DNA from: an uncultured Chloroflexia bacterium
GTDB taxonomy: Bacteria; Chloroflexota; Anaerolineae; Anaerolineales; E44-bin32
DNA: 64,000 nt
Assembly (NCBI GenBank): GCA_963807065.1
Contig: CAWDZQ010000002.1
Coordinates: 177,260-241,259 of the forward strand
Direction of reading: 5' to 3'
Shown here: positions 57,472 to 64,000 of the stretch, piece after piece
Numbering within the stretch: position 1 is the stretch's first letter
How the letters are laid out: the number at the start of each line of letters is the position of its first letter
The notes under the pieces: model-generated
The model's input: the letters and a program-made list of their open reading frames with translations, nothing else
What the model was told of the DNA's origin: nothing
Database searches by the model: none
Made by a program: the position numbers and the translations under genes

Positions 57472-58944
57472 TCAGCCAGAGATTTCGACGAGCGGATGGT
57501 CATGATGAACTCTGAGAGTCGATGCCGCTTCATCCCAGATCCAGCCCGAGTTCGACTCGCCGTCCATCGCCCCCAGTTCCATCCCTCCACTCGACACGTG
57601 CTGTGGGGCAAATGTCAGCTTGAGCACTTCCGAAGCATTGGGGTCAAAGGTCTGATACCGGACCGTGTGCGGCGCATATGTGATAGAAGTCACAATCGAA
57701 GTCGTTCCCAATAGATGGTCGGCCGAGCCGGGCGCCAGATCCGGCAGTGCGGCCATGCCATCCAAAAAGTGGGGCACAAAGTCGAAATAGCCGTCGGTGA
57801 ACCAGCATTGGTTGTAGTAGTCGGGTCGATCGACCCCGACATGAACGTAGCCTTCGTCGGTCACCATGTAGCTCGCCCAGCCGAAGTTGCGACGAGCCAG
57901 ATCGGCGTATCTGGCCTCCCCCGTGAGCGCAGCATGTTGAGCGCAGATGGACGCCAAGCGCGCCGTGTGACTTCCCATCACGTGGAAGCAGAACGTCTGC
58001 TCGTGGATTGGCACCGACTTGAAGAAGGGATCGCTCCCAAAGGTCGTCAACACCCATTCAATGATCGATTTAACATGGGCGGGCGCGTCGGGATCGCAGT
58101 CGGGGTGTTGAAGGAGATATCGGGCAGTCGCCAAGGCACTGTACTGTTCTCTGTTTTTGTTATCGGGGTCCAACCGAATGTCTTCGAAATACCCTTTCCA
58201 GCAACCGTTCTGCATGGGAAACGTCATGATCCAGCGCCAGGCGGTTTCACGTGCCGCTGCCAGGAGATCGGGTTGGCCGACGCCCAAATCGAGCAACTCG
58301 TCGAAAAGGCGAACAGCAGCAACGGTGTGGCTCGAGTAGAGTTCGACCGGCGTGCCATCCCGCGCATCAACCCGGAACGGCCAGGGCGAGTGTTCGTCAT
58401 CGCCTTCCTGGCATTTGTCCGCCAGCACACGCGCGCAGCTCTCCGCCTGGCGGAGGTACTTCTCCTCACCGGTGAGTTTGAAGAAGCGCAGAAACCCCAG
58501 AGCGGCCTGGGCGACTTTGTCCGGCTCGGTAACATAGTGGCCGTCAGCCCTTGCCCCAAAATAGACGCCGTGCATGGGTTCGGCAGAGGCGTAAGGAACT
58601 CCGGGCCAAGCAAAATGCTCGGGGGTATGGTAGGAAATCAGACGGTCCAGCATGGACCGGACGGGCTCGATGAACCAGGTTTCGCCTGTGTAGGACTGAT
58701 AACGAACGAGCGTTTCGACGGCCATAGCGAACTTGCCGGCCGGATTGTCGGGCCAGTCGGTGGGGCGCAGCGGATCGGTCCAAAAGCATGAATACGCCAA
58801 GTACCAGGGCAGACCCGTCCGTTCATCGACCGGACAGCGGCGCAGAAAATCCATCGCCAGCCAGACCACGGAATCCGCATCCGCCTGGGCCAGCAGGCCC
58901 TCTGACGCATCAAGCTTCAGCTCGCGCCCGTTGATTTCGATCAC
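57472..58944 (-). CDS. conserved-looking hypothetical protein (490 aa), possibly an (alpha/alpha)6-barrel glycosidase/lyase-like fold
   Basis: A long intact ORF with normal composition and Trp/Tyr/Asp-rich repeated helical segments. I recognise no signature motif, and the fold suggestion is a guess. Confidence 0.7.
   Translation of the reverse strand: MIEINGRELKLDASEGLLAQADADSVVWLAMDFLRRCPVDERTGLPWYLAYSCFWTDPLRPTDWPDNPAGKFAMAVETLVRYQSYTGETWFIEPVRSMLDRLISYHTPEHFAWPGVPYASAEPMHGVYFGARADGHYVTEPDKVAQAALGFLRFFKLTGEEKYLRQAESCARVLADKCQEGDDEHSPWPFRVDARDGTPVELYSSHTVAAVRLFDELLDLGVGQPDLLAAARETAWRWIMTFPMQNGCWKGYFEDIRLDPDNKNREQYSALATARYLLQHPDCDPDAPAHVKSIIEWVLTTFGSDPFFKSVPIHEQTFCFHVMGSHTARLASICAQHAALTGEARYADLARRNFGWASYMVTDEGYVHVGVDRPDYYNQCWFTDGYFDFVPHFLDGMAALPDLAPGSADHLLGTTSIVTSITYAPHTVRYQTFDPNASEVLKLTFAPQHVSSGGMELGAMDGESNSGWIWDEAASTLRVHHDHPLVEISG
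57679..57694. promoter_or_regulatory. perfect TGTGA-N6-TCACA core inside a coding region
   Basis: The sequence is atatGTGAtagaagTCACAAtc, within the 3' part of the 490-aa ORF and about 225 nt upstream of the first permease gene. Its flanks fit the extended consensus less well. Confidence 0.25.
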
Positions 58945-59049
58945 AAGGTCCTACCGCATCTCCCCAAGGGGCGGATGTCTTCCACGCGCCCCAAGCGAAC
59001 CTGTGTCTGCCTGCCCAGAGGGGTCTGCAGGCGCCTGACCCCGAAGAAC

Positions 59050-60444
59050 TTAGATCGCAACAACCTCCACGCCGAGAAGCTCGCCGACCTTTTCCACTTG
59101 CTCGCTCAGGTGACCGTAGGCCAAGGCCATGTGGTGAGGGGACCCTGCCAGAAGCCAGCGATTGCAGAAGTCTTCGATGGAGCCGTTCTTGTAGCGGAAG
59201 AGCATTTGCGGCGCGGCGACCGGGCGCGGCGTCATGGGCAGGGACTCGCCCTCGCCGACGATCATGCGCCATTCCCCATCGCCCAGCGGGATCAGGGAAA
59301 GGATCGTGACGTCACCCGGTGCATAGGCGAATTCGAGACCGGCCCCCCGGCCGTTGACCCCTTCATAGTAGATGCTGGGCTTGATCTTCACCTGCTTTGG
59401 ATCCGCGGCCATGGCTGGATTGCCATGCCCATCGTGAGAGAGGATGATGGCATCCTCGTCGAAGTCGATCACATAGTTCTCCAGGAAGGTGACCTCTCCG
59501 GCCAACTCTTGAAGCACCATCATGGCTGACAGCGTGGTGACATCCGCCTCCGTCGCCACGGGAATGTGTTCGGCACACAGAATCCCCGTACCGTAGCTGG
59601 GGATAATCCCCACTCGCGGATCGGTCAGCCAGATTTGGTCGAACGTGGCCAGGCCGTCGAACTTGCCCTCGCGTGCGATGTCAAGCATGGCGAGGGTCAG
59701 GCGGGCCGACCTATCGAAGAGTTCCTTCGGCATCTCGCTCGCGTCGTAGGCTTCGGATTGAGAAGTCATAAAGTCCTTGACTCGCCCGTCGTCCATCGCT
59801 TGGGCCGCCACGGCCACCTTCTCCGGCTCGATGGGCCAGCAGACCGGTCCGATAACGTCCCGCAAGCTCAAGCCATCGACCATCAAATCGGTCATGCCTT
59901 CAAATGCGTGCCCAATGACGCCGATGCGCATCTTCTCAAGCCTGCGAATGGCTCCGGCAGCGGCCGCGTACTGGCCGATCTGTGCCAGGCCAGCCGGGTC
60001 TTGAATGTGGCTCGTTAGCAGTTGGAACGGCCGGCCGGACCGAATAAGGGCGCTGGTGAGTTCCGGCAATCCGGCCATGCCCGAGTTTTCCATAATGACA
60101 TCGAAATCGGCTTCTTCGGGCAGGCGGCGGATCTGCTGTGTGTTCCACACCAGGATCGGCGCGTTCACCCTCAGCAAAGTGCGCATCGGGATGATGCCCT
60201 TTTGGTAGGCCAGCTCGATGGCCACCACCAGGTCCACGTTTTCGGCGTTGAAGACCTGCGTGGCTCGATCCGCATCCGGCTCATATTCAACGAAGCCCGG
60301 ATTGATGACCTCGCCGTAGGGCTTCAAAATGTCGGCAATCCGGTCGGTCGCCTCGGCCATCTTGGGGCGCATGTGGCCGGTCTTGTTGTAGTCGTCCTCG
60401 AGCAACGCGGTCACAAACAGACCGAGCTTGGGCTTCACAGTCAT
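59050..60444 (-). CDS. L-arabinose/L-fucose-isomerase-family sugar isomerase
   Basis: The start at 60444 has AGGAGG 6 nt upstream. The 464-aa ORF has AraA/FucI-like organisation. The longer ORF to 60957 is an out-of-frame overlap with the kinase gene. Confidence 0.78.
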   Translation of the reverse strand: MTVKPKLGLFVTALLEDDYNKTGHMRPKMAEATDRIADILKPYGEVINPGFVEYEPDADRATQVFNAENVDLVVAIELAYQKGIIPMRTLLRVNAPILVWNTQQIRRLPEEADFDVIMENSGMAGLPELTSALIRSGRPFQLLTSHIQDPAGLAQIGQYAAAAGAIRRLEKMRIGVIGHAFEGMTDLMVDGLSLRDVIGPVCWPIEPEKVAVAAQAMDDGRVKDFMTSQSEAYDASEMPKELFDRSARLTLAMLDIAREGKFDGLATFDQIWLTDPRVGIIPSYGTGILCAEHIPVATEADVTTLSAMMVLQELAGEVTFLENYVIDFDEDAIILSHDGHGNPAMAADPKQVKIKPSIYYEGVNGRGAGLEFAYAPGDVTILSLIPLGDGEWRMIVGEGESLPMTPRPVAAPQMLFRYKNGSIEDFCNRWLLAGSPHHMALAYGHLSEQVEKVGELLGVEVVAI

Positions 60445-60481
60445 GGTTGGCCTCCTAGGCTGGACATATGGGTACGCGCCA

Positions 60482-62017
60482 TCACGTAGGCTTCTTTTCG
60501 ATTGGTTCACGCAAGACGGGTACGATCGCATCAAAGAGCCGCACGTAGCGGTTGAACGCGGCGTCGTACACATCACGGTTGTCGGGATTGGGATGGATTC
60601 GTTCGCCGAGGGACACCATCGCATCCGCCGCCTCGTGCAGATTCTCGAAGGCCCCCACCGCCATGCCCGCCAGCATGACGTCCCCCAGAAGGGCCGTGTC
60701 TTCCACCTGCAGGGAAGCCACCGGCAGCTGGCATACGTCGGATTTGATCTGACGCCAGAGCGGGCTTCGAGCGCCCCCGCCGGTGGATCTGATTTCTTGC
60801 AGCTGAACTCCGGAGCCGCGCACCAGGTCGATGTTCCGGCGCAGCATGAAGGCCACAGCCTCCAGAACCGCTCGGGCGAAATGTCCCTTCTCATGTGCCA
60901 AAGTGAAACCAGCAAAGACGCCGCGGGCAGCTGGCTCGTACTCCGGGCTGAAGGCACCGGTGAGATGGGGCAGCATCACCAGGCCATCGCATCCAGGGGC
61001 GATCCTATCCGCCATGGCCGTTATCAGATCGTAGGCATCTTGGTTGATTTCCCGGGCGCGGGCCATCTCAGATTGACAGAACACGTCCCGGAACCATTTG
61101 AGCGCCATGCCGCCGGTCTCACACACCGGGTCGAAGAGGTACTTCCCCGGAAGCGCATGCAGGTACACCGGGATTCGACCCTCGGGATCGAGATCGGGCC
61201 GATCCACCGTCACGTGCAGCGTGAGGGCGCCGCCCGTGCTCTCGGAAATGATCTCCGGGCTGAGATTGCCCGCCCCGACAGCGCCCGCGATCTGATCCAT
61301 GCCGGCCAGCACCACAGGCAGGCCGGGGCTGAGACCCATGGCCTCAGCCGCCTCACGCGTCAACGGTCCTGCCACTTCCCCGATGTGTTTGAGGTCGGGA
61401 AGCTGGTCCGGCGAAAGGCCCACGGCTTCCAGGGCGCGGTCCCACCAGGTGTGCGTGTTGATATCCAGCAGCAGCGAAGTACAGGCGACGCCACCATCGG
61501 TGACAAACGCACCCGTCATACGCTGGATGATGAAGTTCTGCACCAGGAGAAATCGATGCGTCCGCCGGAAAACATCCGGTTCATGATCCCGAATCCAAGC
61601 GATTTTGCAGGCTGTCCAAGTGGGATCGATCGTCGGGATGCCGGTATAGGCGTAGGCTTCCTCCCCGAGTATCCGATCGAGGGTCCGTGCCTCTTCCAAC
61701 GCTCGATGATCCAGCCACACCAACGCCGGGTACAGCGGCTTTCCCGCCTGGTCAACGGAGAGCGTGGTCTCGCCCTGGCTGGAGACCCCCACGGCGAGGA
61801 TGGAGTCGGGCGCAGTGCCGGCTTCCGCCATGGCCTCGTTCACCACGCGACAGGCGGAGGTCCAATAATGCTCCGGATCGAGCTCGACGCGATCTGGCGC
61901 CGGCGTCGCCAGGCGGTAGTCCTGGATCCCCATGCCAAGGCACTTTCCGGCCAGGTCGAAGATCGCCGCCTTGACCGACGTCGTGCCTATATCGAGCCCG
62001 AGAAGAAAACTCATCAC
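60482..62017 (-). CDS. FGGY-family carbohydrate kinase
   Basis: Has LGLDIGTTSVKAAIF, AGMDQIAGAVGAG and TGGGARSPLWRQIKSDV motifs. Confidence 0.88.
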   Translation of the reverse strand: MMSFLLGLDIGTTSVKAAIFDLAGKCLGMGIQDYRLATPAPDRVELDPEHYWTSACRVVNEAMAEAGTAPDSILAVGVSSQGETTLSVDQAGKPLYPALVWLDHRALEEARTLDRILGEEAYAYTGIPTIDPTWTACKIAWIRDHEPDVFRRTHRFLLVQNFIIQRMTGAFVTDGGVACTSLLLDINTHTWWDRALEAVGLSPDQLPDLKHIGEVAGPLTREAAEAMGLSPGLPVVLAGMDQIAGAVGAGNLSPEIISESTGGALTLHVTVDRPDLDPEGRIPVYLHALPGKYLFDPVCETGGMALKWFRDVFCQSEMARAREINQDAYDLITAMADRIAPGCDGLVMLPHLTGAFSPEYEPAARGVFAGFTLAHEKGHFARAVLEAVAFMLRRNIDLVRGSGVQLQEIRSTGGGARSPLWRQIKSDVCQLPVASLQVEDTALLGDVMLAGMAVGAFENLHEAADAMVSLGERIHPNPDNRDVYDAAFNRYVRLFDAIVPVLREPIEKKPT

Positions 62018-62021
62018 CTGC

Positions 62022-62840
62022 TCAGGTCAACTTGTGGGACTTGGCGGCCTTCTGCGGCGAAACACCCCCCTTGACCACGTCCTTGAGTGCCTCCAACAGC
62101 GCCTGAGGGCGGCGGGCCTGGACTACATTGCGCCCGAAGACCACGCCCCTTGCCCCCGCCTCGACTGCCGCCTGGGCCAGCTTGAGCGCATCCAACTCGG
62201 AAGGCTTCTTGAGCGCCCCCAGGGCGAAAATGGGGATCGGCGTCGCTTCGGTGATCTTGTGGAACTGCTTGCCGGTGTAGAAAGTCTTTACCAGATCGGC
62301 GCCCAACTCGGCCGCCATCCGGCAGCCGATGAGAACCTGTTCCTGAAGCTCTTCGGGCTGTGCGAAGTCGCCCCCGATGGGATACACCTCGCAGATCAGA
62401 GGCACGCCGGCGATCTCCTTCTGCTGCACGTAGCGGGAAAAGAGATCGACGTTAACCGAATCCTCGAGCTGGTCAGGGGCACGCAGCGTCAGACTGGCAA
62501 CCACCACGTCAGCTCCCAGGTGCAGGGCGTCATCGACCGAGAGCAGAGGCACGGAATGAGAATGGCCATAGTCCCATTCGGCCATATAGTTGGTCGCCCA
62601 GTTGAGCCGGGTGATCATCGCTGGGGCGTCGCGCCGGGCAAAAAACTGCCGACAGTGACGAATCATGCCCGCGCCCAACAGCACGCCATCGGCGGCCGAG
62701 AGCTTTTGGATCACCTTGGGCAGATCAATCAGGCCCGGCAGGGGCCCGAAATAGAGACCGTGATCGATGGCAACGATCACAGCATTCGGCGAGCCAGAAA
62801 AGAGACGACCTAAGCGGATCTCTTCTCCAACCATAGCCAT
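62022..62840 (-). CDS. class I aldolase of the DhnA/FbaB/LsrF family
   Basis: The 272-aa TIM-barrel-like ORF has the family-typical LVKTFYTG (Schiff-base Lys region) and FGRNV tail motifs. AAGGAGAG lies upstream of the ATG. Confidence 0.82.
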   Translation of the reverse strand: MAMVGEEIRLGRLFSGSPNAVIVAIDHGLYFGPLPGLIDLPKVIQKLSAADGVLLGAGMIRHCRQFFARRDAPAMITRLNWATNYMAEWDYGHSHSVPLLSVDDALHLGADVVVASLTLRAPDQLEDSVNVDLFSRYVQQKEIAGVPLICEVYPIGGDFAQPEELQEQVLIGCRMAAELGADLVKTFYTGKQFHKITEATPIPIFALGALKKPSELDALKLAQAAVEAGARGVVFGRNVVQARRPQALLEALKDVVKGGVSPQKAAKSHKLT

Positions 62841-63036
62841 GGCCTACTCTCCTTGGGATCGGCCGGGGACATCGGCGGCGATTAGAGCGTTTATCGGCGA
62901 TCACCTGGCCCCATCATACTGGCAATTCTTCGGATAGTCAATCGTTTCCCTTCGGTTTATCACCGCTTTCTTGTTGCTTTTTGTTGGATTTGGGGTATGA
63001 TCAGAACAGTTTCGGGCGTTTTCAGGGTAACAGGGG

Positions 63037-63814
63037 ATGAATACCCATCAACGGCGCGACCTGATTGCACAGAAGGTTCTCGAACAGGGCCGGATCCATG
63101 TTTCCGACTTGGTCCAAGAGTTCGGAATGACCGACACGTCGATCAGGAACGACCTCACAATCTTGGAAGAGAGGGGGTTGCTGCGGCGAATCCACGGCGG
63201 TGCCGTATCGACCAATCGATCCATCCAACTAGCTGCCTACGACACACGGCTAGGACTGCAGCGAGAGCCGAAAGTCCACATCGCTGCCGCGGCTGCCGAC
63301 CGCCTGCATTCAGCCGACATCGCCTTGCTCGACTCCGGAACATCCATCCAGTACCTCGCCCGCCAAATCCCAGCTCGAGGGGCGCCCTCCGGCCGGTTGC
63401 GAATCGTCACCAATTCCATCCCGGTGCTGGAGGAGATCGGGGGCTGGGCCTCCCACAATCTGCTCATGCTGGGCGGGATCTTCTTGCCCGAGCATCAAGC
63501 TACGGTGGGTCCGGAAACGTTGCGCGGTCTGCAGCAATTTAACGCCACCTGCGCATTCCTCGGCTGCGACGGGCTGACGCTCGAAGGCGGTATCACATCG
63601 GCTCATCCCCTGGTCGCCGAAGTCGGCCGAGTGATGGCCGAGAGAGCCGAAGAGGTGATTGTCTTGGCCGACAGCAGCAAACTTGGGCAAGCCGGCTTTG
63701 TCCCGATTATCCCCTTGGGGAAGATCAACGTGCTTATCACCGATGCCGGCGCGCCGAGTTCCCATCGTAGACGGGCTTCGGCGACAGGGCGTCGAAGTGC
63801 TCCTGGTGGCCTAG
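63037..63814 (+). CDS. DeoR-family transcriptional regulator with a frame problem about 20 codons before the natural stop
   Basis: This ORF is not in the supplied ORF track because the frame runs off the window end. It has MNTHQRRDLIAQKVLEQGRIHVSDLVQEFGMTDTSIRNDLTILEERGLLRRIHGG (HTH) and a DeoR C-terminal sugar-phosphate-binding-like domain. After ...LITDAGAP, a +1 shift near 63751-63759 gives VPIVDGLRRQGVEVLLVA-TAG (63812-63814), a typical DeoR ending. Confidence 0.8.
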
Positions 63815-64000
63815 AAACGGGGACGATGATCCCCCTGCACGAAGCGGATTGCCTGAATGTGAGCTTGTTCGAAGAGGCGGCCATGCCAAGGCCCATCTCG
63901 AAACCCGACCTTTTCCCTCCGAAGCGGTTGAGGCGGGCCAGCCGGCACGTCATTGGCGAACAAAGCTCATGGCTTGGAATCCAAGGAAGGCTGTATTCAC

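Noticed and set aside
63826-64000. A possible partial gene starting at ATG 63826 (MIPLHEADCLNVSLFEEAAMPRPISK...) at the window edge.
   Set aside because: It is in the same frame as the unterminated DeoR read-through, has a weak RBS and no recognisable motif, and is truncated by the window end. It cannot be supported.

Overview
This window is a gene-dense, high-GC bacterial chromosomal segment. Hand counts of a few 60-nt lines give roughly 60-68% GC, and most operons are on the minus strand. I saw no rRNA, tRNA, CRISPR array, integrase, transposase or recognisable defence genes. All calls come from reading motifs in the supplied ORF translations and the DNA; no searches were run.

Gene content, in order:
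- a broken HDIG phosphohydrolase
- a membrane redox operon (coiled-coil membrane protein, small membrane protein, ApbE, ferric-reductase-like TM protein)
- HtrA divergent from an OmpR/HisKA two-component pair
- a lipoprotein
- a decayed membrane sulfatase-like gene
- bacterioferritin
- a PEP/pyruvate-binding-domain protein
- gdhA
- a DinB-family protein
- a DEAD-box helicase
- a XylFGH-like sugar ABC importer
- an operon of an MIO ammonia-lyase, a small Fe-S protein, a 2Fe-2S/ASKHA RACo-like protein and a DMT transporter
- xylB
- a lower-GC (about 50-55%) block at 29.2-42.3 kb with a mutarotase-fold protein, xylA, GH3, GH1, a GH94 phosphorylase, a CUT1 ABC importer and LacI
- an MFS transporter
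- an HXXEE protein
- arsR-arsC-acr3
- TetR plus a CrtI-like oxidoreductase
- a DeoR-linked carbohydrate locus at 51-64 kb (YjbQ, TIM-like isomerase, GHMP kinase, PotABCD-like ABC importer, unknown 490-aa protein, AraA/FucI-like isomerase, FGGY kinase, class I aldolase)

Main observations:
1. A CRP/FNR-type palindrome (A)TTTGTGA-N6-TCACAAA(T) recurs seven times: four perfect copies and three with one mismatch. Some sit in odd places, and no CRP/FNR gene is in the window.
2. About a dozen genes need single-base frame corrections, several at homopolymers. Five of them are consecutive genes of the beta-glucoside cluster. This points to indel-type assembly errors or real gene decay. One sulfatase-like gene also has two in-frame stop codons.
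3. There are two ORF-poor stretches of about 0.9-1 kb, at 42.3-43.3 kb and 50.1-51.05 kb.
4. There is a candidate structured RNA with a canonical terminator at 16.13-16.35 kb, and a near-consensus promoter with a long leader upstream of xylF.
5. Two gene clusters have unusual composition: the lyase/Fe-S/ASKHA/DMT operon and the 51-64 kb sugar locus.

I cannot name a clearly new system with confidence. The items above are the best candidates.
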